A DNA stretch of 63,767 bases, counting the filler, from Collodictyon triciliatum (lineage: Eukaryota), in NCBI GenBank assembly GCA_043381765.1. It is 5 parts of 5 records of this genome, joined end to end, with 100 filler letters (N's around TTAATTAATTAA, not from the genome) between each part and the next. Parts side by side here need not be neighbours in the genome. Positions count along the whole stretch, not along the records: positions 40,244 to 60,873 come from JBHJMP010001223.1; 4 more parts are not named here. The stretch is one strand, 5' to 3'. The notes beneath the pieces were generated by a model. That model did not search any database. It was not told the origin of the DNA and saw only the letters and a list, made by a program, of their open reading frames with translations. This document shows positions 44,501-56,069 of this stretch, piece by piece; position 1 is the first letter of the stretch, and the number at the start of each line of letters is the position of its first letter. Both the position numbers and the translations under genes were made by a program.

Positions 44501-46962
44501 CAAAGACAAAAAAGGGAGAAATGCTAAAAGGAAGCAGAGTTAGTACACTAATAATATCCCTTACCAAATAAATTTGACCACTATTCAGCCATTTCTCGCA
44601 CCTTTGAAGATTGACCATCATACCAGGCCTTTCAGTATGCCTTGTCATTTATACTTTCTGTGATAAAAGCGGAAACAGAGTTTGTCTGGGATTTCTTTGG
44701 ATTCAAAGCAAACGAAACAGATTCACGCTATTCCATGTAACTTAAAATTGTGGTTTATTCTCACTGTTCTATGAATTTAAATTTTGCACCTTTTTTGAAA
44801 AAAAATACTGCAAATTTTATCTTAACCAATCGATTCCTTGTTAAAGTCGCTTTGCATTCATCTAGATCAGTTCTCAACTGCAAACATATGTGCGCTGTGA
44901 TTTTTGAAACCTTAACTGATGAATTAAAAAGCTTTGGGGATTGGCTGGACAAACACGATCCCTTGTAAATTAACTTAATATATCGTGATGTATTCCTCAC
45001 AAAGAATATGCACTACATAAATACATTGTAATCAACTATGCCATTCAACTAAAAAAGAGCATAACCCTTCAGAAACAATATATCTATTATTTTGGCAATA
45101 GAGGAGACAAAGGAAAAACTTAAGGTATCGCATTAGTCAGTTGAGCCTATTGCTGAACCATTTATTTGCTAATTTATTCGCCTAACATAATTTAACAAAA
45201 ACTAGGAATCAAATTATTTTATTGTTGACAACTTGGATGACCTTCTAGAAACACATGAGAAAAAACTCCAGAAATTCATCGTAATTTTCGATTTTTTTTG
45301 AAACATTCCTAAAGTGCATTTTATTGTAACACCAAATATTTTTAGAAAGAACAAATTGATTCAATTCAAGAATGCAAAATCGGGGCCAAAAGATGCGGCA
45401 TTGTCCCTTGCTTCTTTAAGATGCCCGTATACCATTTTCATTGTTTTTATAAAACCATTTAATATTTACACATGTTGAATTAACCAATTATTACTTGATA
45501 CCTACCTTTTTTGAAAAAAATTCCGAATAAAGCATTTTGTGAGCGCTGTGGAATCAATGACAAACGGTATGAGTAGACCAAAGATTGACCAAATGTACAG
45601 TGGTATTGTGCGGACCATGTTTGATTGGATGATAACCATGGCCCAACAGACACCCAAGTACACTCAAATGGCGATCATGGGTAGGTGTTTTGCTCTTCAT
45701 CACAAAGCTGTATCTCTGGCAATCATATTCTTAATCATTCACGTATGACCAGTATATCATCTCACCCCTAAACAATACAGAAAATATGCACTTCTTTTAC
45801 ACTTCATTAGCGGAAGTAAATGTAAAACCACTTCAAGAGTACATCGAGAAGGTTTAAATACTCACTATTTCTCGTACTTACCATTCATCTCCCTTATTTT
45901 CCCATATATTAATCTAATACGGATTAACACATTACGAAGGCCAAGACTCTTTACGGAGAAAATCTACGAGGCTATTTGTCGTGGCATGTGGAGAAGCAGT
46001 TCCCCAAATTTGTCGTAATAACATTTTCAATGATAAAAGTGCGGTACCACAAGAGCTGTCCATATATTTACTTTGTGTCGCATTCATGTCATGTACGTAC
46101 TTTAAGTGTGATATAATACCCATAGAAATTCTTTAATGAGCTTATGAGGCTGTTACTCACTGTGTCAGGTATTATTTGCGTTCCAAAACTCCGTCTGTCT
46201 ATACCCAAATAATCTTAGATATGGATTGATAATTTACATAAAAAAAAAATCGTTTCAGAGGAAGAAGTTCAATTCGAGTCATCTCACTCAAAAGAGTCTG
46301 CCAAAAAGATGATTAGAAACTCCGACCAAAGTGTATGGCTCGTACTGTTCTATGAACAATAGTAGTGGCAATAATGGCAACATTGATGCTAATATTATGA
46401 ATATTTATGGTCATTCTTTGGCATTTATACTTCCTGACCCCTTTGTTGACTTGTGTAGTTTGACAAAAGCATTATTAAAATGTACAAACGGATGCGAAAG
46501 CACTTGGGGTCAGAAAATGAGCTTCTTTTTTACACATGGGGACTCTTAGTGGTAACTACATCATCTTACTCATTTCTCTGGCAAATCATATTCGATATGT
46601 ATGTTGCCTATTGATTTTTTGTGATTTTTTTTTGTTTTGCTTTTTAAAAATTACAGGAACATTTCGTTGAAAAGTATAAAGATTACGATGGGATGATTAA
46701 GCGCTGTTACAAAGGAATGTCCCTTCTTCCTGTAACTTATCTTCACTTCTTTTTGCTCTACCTTTCATTTTGTATTCTTTATTTTTTGCTATACGTTTGC
46801 TTTATGCAGTCTTTAATATGATTTTGGCTGTCATTATTCGATCTTAAGTTTAATTGACTTGTTAAATACTGTGATTGAACATCGAAGCAATCCGAGACCA
46901 TTCGAGACCGCATCGAAGCTATCATTCTCGGCTATCAAGCAAGACACAAAGATGGTAACTGA
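41533..46962 (+). CDS. EXOC1: Exocyst complex component Sec3/EXOC1, multi-exon; 5' start not resolved
   Basis: LTPSEERDLEEII; ILVTGLNEQITELEDENMQGILRANEQV..LEGWIGENYQDLERMKIDLNSIEGTNSKVQIRSTNQRLLQKEL (Sec3 coiled coil); DYKSTMKTVYKKAFSHFF; KAETEFVWDFFG; EQIDSIQECKIGAKRCGIVP; YKRMRKHLGSENELLFYTW; ..IKRCYKG. Stop TGA at 46960-46962. Confidence 0.85.
43987..44075. repeat. (AAAC)n microsatellite, intronic
   Basis: Direct tandem repeat. Confidence 0.9.
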
Positions 46963-47602
46963 ATCACAGCGAAGAGTCGCATACCCTTAACCTGAAGAAA
47001 AAGAAAAAATTTGTGGGCGTCTCATTTGTCTTTTTTTATTCTTTTTATTTATTTAAACATTCCGCGAACTACCAAATAACTTCCCCGTTTTCATTCGCTT
47101 ACTGCAGGGGCGTACGATTCTCCCTCGGAAACAGCAAGCACATTTTCGGTGGCAAGGTCATCTGTTCGGGCCTTTGGTTCGAGGAGATAAAATAATTACC
47201 ATCAACTACACGATGTGCATTTGATTCCCATCACTTTTTTTTTTTTTTTGTTACTTTTACTTCTTATTTATATATACATATATTTACTTTTTTGTTTCTA
47301 AATTCATTTGTCTGTTTTTATCTACTCGGCTCTCTTCATGCTTCAAAACTGGTTTTCTTGCCTGTGCCAGCATCCCAAAAAGTGTTGGTTTGCTCAACGC
47401 CCCCAAAGCCGTCTGGTTATTAAATATTCCAGATTAAGTATGTAAACTGGCAATAATCCGGCATTAAAATTACGGTACATATTATGTAATAAATATTGTG
47501 CGGTGTGTTTTTGGGAGACGAGAGCGAGGCCACAAATCGCATGCGCCCCAAAAGAAAGAAAGAGAAGAACAATCTCACACCGCAGCACAAAGCGAAAACA
47601 GG

Positions 47603-48774
47603 ATGGCCCAGGCAAAGCCGACAAGAAGCTGTGGGGTCTGCATCGACCAGCCTTCCAAGTACAAATGCCCGACCTGCGCAACTCCATAGTATGCCATTTT
47701 GTTTTTGGAATGGAACCCCTGTGTTTTTACAGTTTTGTAGCCAATCGCTTTGTATATCAGACGAAGGTATTTTTTAAGCGAGTGAATAGGCTGACGGATG
47801 CGATTTTATGTGCGAGTTGAGGTTTATGGCCGACTCTTCTAACTTTTTTTTTTTTTTTTTGTGTGTGTGTCTGTGTGTCTGTGCGTCCTGGGAATCTGGT
47901 GTAGCTGTTCTGTGATTTGTTTCAAAAGGCACAAAGGTAAGAACTATGGCATTCTATAGTTTTTGTATTATTTATTAAGGTATTTTTCTTCCTTTTTTAA
48001 AATAAATATAATAGCAGATAATTGATGCGATATTATGTTTCAATTTTTTACACTCTTTATATTCTCGAAATAATCACCAGAGATACCCTGTCGGCAGCAA
48101 ACGAATGAGTCACAGAAGGAAAGAACGAAGCCTATCGGTAACTATACCCAGTGATGTGCTGTTCAATGTGTTACTTTTATCGCAAGACAAAAGTGTGAAC
48201 ATCCAATCATCTAAACTATCTTCTAGCTTTATTTATTTTTTTTTTTTTACACATGAATCATCCCTCATCTTTACAGTCTCTTTATCTTATGAAGATTAAC
48301 ATCAAGTATCAATTTTGACTATATAGAGATAGATCCTGCCACAAAAGAAGAACAGCAGGAAGAAGATCCATCAAAGCTGAGCCATTTGCAGTTGGATGCC
48401 ATTCGTAAGGATTATATTACAAGGCTTACCATTACATCCTACTGCTTTCCTAAAGGATGCAAATCAATAAGAGGCTCTCTTTAAAACAAAAACTGATTCT
48501 CAGTGCTAATTTGATTGGTTCTTTAAAAAAAAAAAAAAAAAGAACCTTCTTGTTTTACTATATAAAAATAATCGTCCCTTTTTTAGTTCGTAGCCCACTG
48601 ATAAAGGAACTCCTCAAAAACAAGGATTTAAAAAGACTATTGAAGGATATTGACGAATCCAGTGACAGAGAGAAGCGAGCTCGCTCGGCCATGGGGCGTA
48701 AAGACTTCCTCGAATTCTCTGATTTAGTCTCTCAGATTGTAACAGATACTGCGAATCCAGTCCCTGATGCGTGA
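47603..48774 (+). CDS. ZNHIT3: Zinc finger HIT domain protein (ZNHIT3/Hit1-like, box C/D snoRNP assembly)
   Basis: MAQAKPTRSCGVCIDQPSKYKCPTCATP|YCSVICFKRHK is a zf-HIT. The C-terminal helical exon SPLIKELLKNKDLKRLLKDIDESSDREK..DFLEFSD matches Hit1-C character. Confidence 0.82.
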
Positions 48775-48859
48775 TATAATTACGGCAATATCCTCCATGT
48801 AGAACATATGACGCTATAATCGACTGCTGTTTGCTGGAATAAATTCCCCAGTTTTATTG

Positions 48860-48960
48860 TTGTTTTGTTTTGTTTTGTTTTGTTTTGTTTTGTTTTGTTT
48901 TGTTTTGTTTTGTTTTGTTTTGTTTTGTTTTGTTTTGTTTTGTTTTGTTTTGTTTTGTTT
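48860..48960. repeat. (TTTTG)n microsatellite
   Basis: Direct tandem repeat 3' of ZNHIT3. Confidence 0.9.
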
Positions 48961-49404
48961 CTGTTGGGAAAGAAAGGGAGAAGAAAATACAAAAGGACTA
49001 ACACCAATTTGTTCTGAAGTTTGTGGTAATCTCACCGAGCGATATAATCGCCCGCATATTTTGTTCTCGCCCTGGATACAGTTATTTGTATCTACTCCCA
49101 TATACCTACTCAAACAATAAAGAAATCTAGAAGAAGAAAAAAGGATTTACGAATATGTAGGTGTGATGATGCTCTGGTTGGAAGGAAACTAATTAATCAA
49201 TTTAGGTTTTCGTTTACGACTTTACAATAACCCACATTTTACCAAACAAATATCTAGCCATAATTAAGGGTTTTACGGTTTTGTCTTGGCAGTAATCATA
49301 GCACAAGAAAATCATAAATATATCCCCTATTGATGAAGTTCATACATACAAAGTAGTTTGCGAAACAAGTTTGCCTTGGATAAAGTAGATATTATAAAAC
49401 AGTC

Positions 49405-51087
49405 TCAATGCAAAGGGGGGAGAGAAGGGAGTGCAGGAACTTTTGTATCGGCGAATGCTGTCTGATTAACTTTGGTTTGACTATCCCTTGGGAGAGATTC
49501 CTTTGCATTTGGTGATTGTGTAAATGCTGCCTTCGACCGGCTCGGTGGTGTTCTTGGAGATGCTTTGGGGTATAGTCCTGTTTTCCTAGAGAAAGGTGTA
49601 GGTATGTTCAATTGGAACGGTGTTTTCTTGTGAGAGCTGCTGTTTGTGATTGGCTTATATCCATGCGGCGACTGATTAGGTTCTACGGCTTTTGTCTGCT
49701 GGCTTTGTGGATGCATCTGTATTTGCTTCACTGCAACTGAGTGCGTATGCGTCAAATCAGGTCTTGCTGAAAACACCGACGAGTCTCCTGTATCGTTCGA
49801 TTCTGATAAAAAAGGTGGCTCAGCAACGTCCTGTGTGAAATGAGTAGAAGAGACGTCAACCCTGCGAACAGACTTGGGTGCAGCATTATGGGAAGAGGGC
49901 TTCTCATCTGGTAACGTCGGGCGGTGGACGAGATCCGCAGCTCGGGTATGACCCAGCATGATGCTCAAAGCATCCCACAGATTACGAGCCAACCGAGCGC
50001 GGTATGATTCGGGCGATGTTTCATCCTGTTCTGTGTCCTTCAGCTTTTCCTCGTCGATGGGGATAACAGGCGCACATTGAATCACAACAGAGCCTGTTCG
50101 AGGGTACAGACAGTTCTTTGGGCACAAGCGAAAGGCCCCGTGTATTGCAACGGGGAGTATTGGAATGCGGGCATCACAGGCCAGATGAAAGGCGCCTTTC
50201 TTAAAGGTTGCAAGGCGGCCGTTTTTTGAGCGAGTACCTTCTGGGCTGATGGCTATGGACCGCTGGCTTTGCTTGATATCTGCGGCTGCCTTTTTCAAGG
50301 AGCGGATGGCAACGGCCCTCTTGGACCGATTCACAAAAACGACGCCGTAGACGAAAAACAAAGCGTTTACAAAGGGATAATACATGGTCTCGGCCTTTGC
50401 TACGAAAGAGACCGAGACTGGGCTATAGGCCGCAACAAAGACCCCGTCGAGTGCAGAGGTGTGGTTGAAGGCCACCAGGAAAGCACGGCGCGACTCTGCA
50501 TCTCTCGCAGGCTGAGGCCACTCGCCTTTCACATAGACGCGGATGCCAAGCGTGAATATCAGCCAGCGCAGGCAGGACCGATGGAAGTGATACAAGGGCA
50601 GCTTTTCCCAGCAACAGAGGCCCTTTCTGTGCACAAGGATCTCAAGAACACGAAGCGGGCACAGAAGGAGCGAGACAACAAAGTACACAGCAACAGACGG
50701 GGCAAAGACAAAGGCCCGCAATAGAAGATGCAGAAGGCTGCCGAGTGCAGAGGGCGAGTCCACCGCGGCATCGGGATCCTCGTCGGCCTCGTGGTCGGCC
50801 CACACATCCGCACTCAGTGGCTCGGGGGCAGCCTTCCCAGGTTGGTATGACTCGGCGGGCTGGGCTGCAGGCGGTCGAGTCCGCTGCTGGGCCGGGCTGG
50901 GTGGTGATCGATAGAGCGCCTGCTCTGTGGGTTGGCCCAGAAGAGACGCGCTTTGGAGGGGGCTTTGTGCTGGCGCTTTGCTGTCTCCGGCCTGCAGGTT
51001 TTGGTCTGCGCTCTGCGTCTCTGGTGTGACTTTCAAGCGGGGTGAAGGCGGACGTGGGAAGGACTTGCGGCTTGGCTCTGATGCCAT
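49405..51087 (-). CDS. 1-acyl-sn-glycerol-3-phosphate acyltransferase (PlsC/AGPAT/LPAAT family), single exon, 560 aa
   Basis: Motifs NHTSALD (HX4D), FVAKAE, VFVNR, ISPEGTRS, FKKGAFHLA, IPILPVAI. Hydrophobic segment N-terminal to the catalytic domain. P/S-rich N- and C-terminal extensions. Confidence 0.93.
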   Translation of the reverse strand: MASEPSRKSFPRPPSPRLKVTPETQSADQNLQAGDSKAPAQSPLQSASLLGQPTEQALYRSPPSPAQQRTRPPAAQPAESYQPGKAAPEPLSADVWADHEADEDPDAAVDSPSALGSLLHLLLRAFVFAPSVAVYFVVSLLLCPLRVLEILVHRKGLCCWEKLPLYHFHRSCLRWLIFTLGIRVYVKGEWPQPARDAESRRAFLVAFNHTSALDGVFVAAYSPVSVSFVAKAETMYYPFVNALFFVYGVVFVNRSKRAVAIRSLKKAAADIKQSQRSIAISPEGTRSKNGRLATFKKGAFHLACDARIPILPVAIHGAFRLCPKNCLYPRTGSVVIQCAPVIPIDEEKLKDTEQDETSPESYRARLARNLWDALSIMLGHTRAADLVHRPTLPDEKPSSHNAAPKSVRRVDVSSTHFTQDVAEPPFLSESNDTGDSSVFSARPDLTHTHSVAVKQIQMHPQSQQTKAVEPNQSPHGYKPITNSSSHKKTPFQLNIPTPFSRKTGLYPKASPRTPPSRSKAAFTQSPNAKESLPRDSQTKVNQTAFADTKVPALPSLPPLH

Positions 51088-52131
51088 GGCGTCTTGGAAG
51101 GCGGCTCGGTTCTTGTGGGTCTGTCTTTCGGTGGCTTTGCTTCTTTGTTGCGCCTGTTGGCTTTAGTTTTTTTTTTTTTTTTGCCTTTTGTTGTTGTTGG
51201 CTTTTGTTTTTTGTGTATGTCTGTTGTGTTTGTAATTGTGTTTCGCACTGAACAAAATGACGAACACAGTAGGTTATTAAGAGTTTTAGGATTATCTTAA
51301 GTTTTGGTGCATATGTATATAATATGTGACTAAAACCAGACTTTTCAAATAAAATATATGCAATATATGTAGCAAAATGATACGAAATTTATATTTTCCA
51401 GAGTATGAAATCCGTTGATCTACTATTGGAAATTGGTTTCGGCCTCGAAAAACGACAGAAAAGAGGGAGTGATTTTAACGGCTTTTTTAATTGGAACAAG
51501 AACAGAAAAAATATTCCCAAAAGAGCATTTCAATGAATCCTAGTCCAGAAAAAGATATTCATCTGCACATAACACTCTGCAGAGTCTCTCTGGAGAAACA
51601 TCAAACTGAGGCCACCGCCCTCAGTTAGTCGAAGGGCGGAACATACTCCAAACAGGCCAGCTTTCTTCATATCAAACCCAGCATTCATCCCAGCAGCGAT
51701 GGAAGATCCAATCAGCCGGAAGGATTGAATCTGAGCAAACAATCAGACCGGATCCGAGTGCGGCGGTTTAAAACCTTCAAACGAAAACGAAGGCAACAGA
51801 AGCAGCGCAGGGCATTGCCAAACATCTTCGCTACTCAACACTCCGCAAGGCTTCGATCGCCTGGTGGAAGAGCGCATCGCCTTGTATCTTGCATGGCCTT
51901 GGTCCTGTCCTTCCCCTTATTCGCGCGCCCAGGAAAAATGCCCAACCGCAAACACTCACACACAAATATACAACCACCCACCCACTCACTCACTAAAACG
52001 CTCGCTTGCAGAATCTGCACCCGCCCAGGCAGCCGAGAGCGTCTTAAAGGAAAAAAAAAGAAGGAAAAAAAAAAAGAAAAAAAAAGGAGCATCACTCGCA
52101 ACAAAAGGCCAATATACTACACACTTGAAGA

Positions 52132-55100
52132 ATGGAAGCGGAAAAGGACGTCGTAGTTCGCGAAGCACCGTCTCTCACAAACGAGACTCCGTCGGAAGGA
52201 GGGAGTCAACCCCGCTCGTTTGACCTGCGCGCCATTGCCGGGAAGGCAGGCAATCAAGCGAGCCTCAATGCAGATATCAACATGGCCTCGCAAAGCGTCT
52301 CGCGCACAATGGCGCCCGGCCAGCCCGATCAGAAGCGTCCTCACACGGCGAAGATGGCCGATGCTGTAGTTGCGATGATGAAGAAGCGCAAGAAGAAAAA
52401 GATGGTTGCGCGCTCGGGCATTGCGGCCTTCTTCAAAGGAGAAGGGAAGAAGGAAGGGGCAAATAATCAGAACCCCGAGCAGGAGGCGGTCAGCTTTGGT
52501 AAAAAGGTAGAAAAGTTCCTGGCTACTGCAAAGAAAAAGGTGAATGCGCTCCTGATCGAAGGAACAAGCGTACATATATTCTTTTTCTTTGCTGGGATAC
52601 TGATGACCTTCACCATGTTTTATATCATACAATACATTATCGTCCAAGCAATTGCGCAATACACAAACCCACCAGGGTAAGTAACCACTCATTACACTGA
52701 ATATTCTTAATCATTGATTTTTTTTTATATTGTCCAACATGACTGATGTATATATATGCATGTGAGTATATATATTTCCTCTTTATTCGATTCAAAGTGC
52801 AGCGAGGTTATGGGAATATCTCTGTTTAACAATTACATTGAATTATTTATGGTGAAGAGAAATCATGACCCTTTGCAAATAAAATCATACAATTTCGTAT
52901 TTTCTATCGTCCTCTGTATTATATATTGGGTTGCTCTCCTGTTCTCCCTTTCGTTGAATCTTTTTGGCTTTATATTCAGGGAAGTTTTTTTTTAAAAAGA
53001 AATCATTAATTTTGCCACAATAGTCAGTTTTCAATTGAATACGCATCATCTCTTGAGACACCTGCGGTTCGAATTTGTCCCGACCAGGTATCCTTCGTCT
53101 TCGTTACTTCTATCTGATACCATGACTTACGTTTAGCAGAATCATAATCAATATAAACTCAATTCCAAATATACCACTGCAGCTTAGGGGCTTTCTTTAA
53201 AAATTCACTCCTTATATTAAACTACGCAGAGAGGGATAGATATCATCTTTGCGGAGTCAAATGGTTTCGAACCAGTATGTCTCACTCTAAAAGATAATGA
53301 GATAGATGGGGATTGTGGTTACACCAAAACCCTGGACATATTTGGTGACGACACGACAAATACTTGTTACGTATTCAATACCCAGAAGGCTGTGCAGGAT
53401 AAAATACTCTTTACAGAGACCGGCCAGAGCATATTTATAGCTTTTTTTGCAAAAGGTGCTCACTAGTGGAGAGATAATCTCATTCAGCTTCCTTTTCTTC
53501 CTCTTTTCTTTCCTCTTTTCTTTCCTCTTTTCTTTCCTCTTTTCTTTCCTCTTTTCTTTCCTCTTTTCTTTCCTTTATATCTTGGATTACTGCCACTTGT
53601 GTTCCGACTTTTAATCGTTGTGCTAGCTATCCATACGCCATCATATATATTTTTTTACTGATAAGTGGAAAATTTGCTGATTTCACATTCATTTGATTAT
53701 ATATATAGCAAACACCTCGGACCCAGATTTAGCGTATCTTGGAGTCCCGTTCACTCTCTTTCACGACACTGAGTACGATCCAAGTGACGAGCTCCCAAGA
53801 ACAGGCTATATTCCTTTTGGATACTCGGCCATGGTACATGAAGTGCTTAAATGAAACGACCTCATCATAGCTATATTGGCACTTGGTTTTGAAGGGATTG
53901 TTTCAAAAAAAGTCAATTTACTCTATCAAAGCGTCCTTCTTGTACAAACCAAGATACCAGAATCTTATTTTTAATTTACTCTGTCTTATTCCGTGTATAC
54001 TTAACATATAAATCTCAGGCAACCGTCACTCTTGACAAGCATATTTCCTTATCAGGAGATCAAACATGGTATTTCACGACCCCTGGTCTAACAACCTTGG
54101 AAATGAGGTAGGGGATATTCTTCTTTTATCGAAGGAAGACTGATTTTCGATCATTTACACGAAAGAAGGGGATTCGAGGGTGATACTATTCGATTTGTCT
54201 CTACTATATTTATGTCAAAGTTCACTCATATATGAATGTACAGCGAAGAGTTAGTAGCCAGTGCAATGAGTAAACTAGTTATCGATGATGAGATCAAACC
54301 GCTTATGCATCTTCATGTTCTTAACATCAGGGTGAATACGCGTTATTAAGCATACATCATCACCGCATAAAAATTTATTTAACACACCAAAAAATTACCC
54401 ACATTGAATCGAGTCCCTCATATTCTAATCTAATCTATATGAGTTCAGTTTGCATCCCTGCAAGTCACCACAACCCAAGAATACATCCCGCTAGGACCTC
54501 TCGTAACCACTCTCTTGATTTTCATATGTATCTATTCTATATATTTTTCTTAAAAAAAAGGAAGTAGTCACTATCACCGAATTCTTTTCCTGACACATAT
54601 AAAAAAGGTGTCGTTTTTCATTAATCACTACTCTGTTAATTTGTTTGGTAATCATAGGAAATCATCGCAGCCTTGGGAGGTATCTTATCGCTTGCCTCGG
54701 GAATTTTGGTAGGGAGACCGTACTTTCACATTAGTGGTTGCATTCCGAACTATTATCTCCTTTTACAATTCAAGTATTAAAATTGAAGGCATGAATAGCC
54801 ACTGACCCGGAAAAAAAAAAGAAGTCGCTAACCACCAGAAATATTAGCAATCCCTTTATCCTCCCGCAGAACGCCTGAAGCGCCGCTTCATCTTTGATGT
54901 CGTTGAGGTATTACGTCTATTTCACTAGTCTCACCCTACAGAATATTTGAGCGTTCTGTGTTCATGCCACCCAACCACCCATTCTTTTTTCCCCATTCTC
55001 CAACTTTTCATTCCTAGCGTCACAACTCTTTTACCCATTTTATAATTTTATCTTACTGACAACATGCTATTATTTCTGCACAGGAGCAAGAGGTCGAAGA

Positions 55101-55140
55101 GGTGGAGAATCCAGCTAGCCCTAGGGCCAAACAATCATAG
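52132..55140 (+). CDS. Two-transmembrane DEG/ENaC-superfamily-like ion channel subunit with a compact ectodomain, about 10 exons
   Basis: TM1 IFFFFAGILMTFTMFYIIQYIIVQAIAQY, then TNPPGQFSIEYASSLETPAVRICP (cf. FPAVTxCN); TCYVFN (cf. GNCYTFN); GVPFTLFHD..GYIPFGY (cf. GxxVxIH..PG); LNIRFASLQVTTTQEY..EIIAALGGILSLASGIL (cf. F.sl.y..i.e..ll.diGG.lGL). The last two exon junctions are less certain. Stop TAG at 55138-55140. Confidence 0.72.
53491..53575. repeat. (TTTCCTCTTTTC)n 12-mer pyrimidine repeat, intronic
   Basis: Direct tandem repeat. Confidence 0.85.
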
Positions 55141-55203
55141 GGACATGCGATGCGAAGACTAACGCGCCTTCGTCCCTCGTTGGGAATAAAATAAAACTAT
55201 CCT

Positions 55204-55489
55204 ATCACACATCACACATCACATATCGCACATCACACGTCACACATCACACATCACACATCACACATCACACATCACACATCACACATCACACATCACA
55301 CATCACACATCACACATCACACATCACACATCACACATCATACATCACACATCACACATCATACATCACACATCACACATCACACATCNACACATCACAC
55401 ATCACACATCACACCTCACACATCACACATCACACATCACACATCACACATCACACATCACACATCACACATCACACATCACACATCAC
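55204..55489. repeat. (ATCACAC)n heptamer tandem array, about 40 units
   Basis: Direct tandem repeat with occasional variants (ATCATAC, CTCACAC). Confidence 0.92.
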
Positions 55490-56069
55490 TCGTCACGTAT
55501 CATATCGCAAATGTGGTGCCGTTTCCTGTCGTTCGTTCGGATCACAAATTCCGTGGTGCCGCCCACTTTGTCTTTTCTGTTGTGATGTGAAGCCAGGTAC
55601 AGAAGAAAGTTGACAGGACGCTGAATCTGGGATACCTGTTGATCACAACCCACTAGAAGTTGGCCAACAGAGCCTTGGCGTTGAGAACTTTGATCACCCT
55701 CCCACCCGTTCTATTGGCTTTCTCTGACTCCCTATGTTTTCTTCTTTCTTCCTCTCTTTCCTCAGTCCTTCCAGCCTTGTGGGGAGATGACAAGGAGCAA
55801 ACACGCGCACCCTTTGCAGCGCATCTACTTTGGAATCCTCTTTGTTGTGGACGTTCTTGCAACACTCTTTTTGTACCTGTGTCTACATGCCACGGCAGAG
55901 AAGGGCTGGGCTCAATCGTGGGAGAGCCAAGTGTTGGAGTACGAGTTTGATTCCTCCTGCTTCGACTTAGTCGTGAGTCTTGCTTGCCCAACGCCATACT
56001 CGTCACGTCCTGCAAAAAGGGATGTTCCTTGATTTTTCTCATATACATATGGAACACCTAGCAGATATA

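Noticed and set aside
50269-51300. Overlapping plus-strand ORFs antisense to the acyltransferase
   Set aside because: Shadow ORFs expected from GC-rich coding sequence; no motifs.
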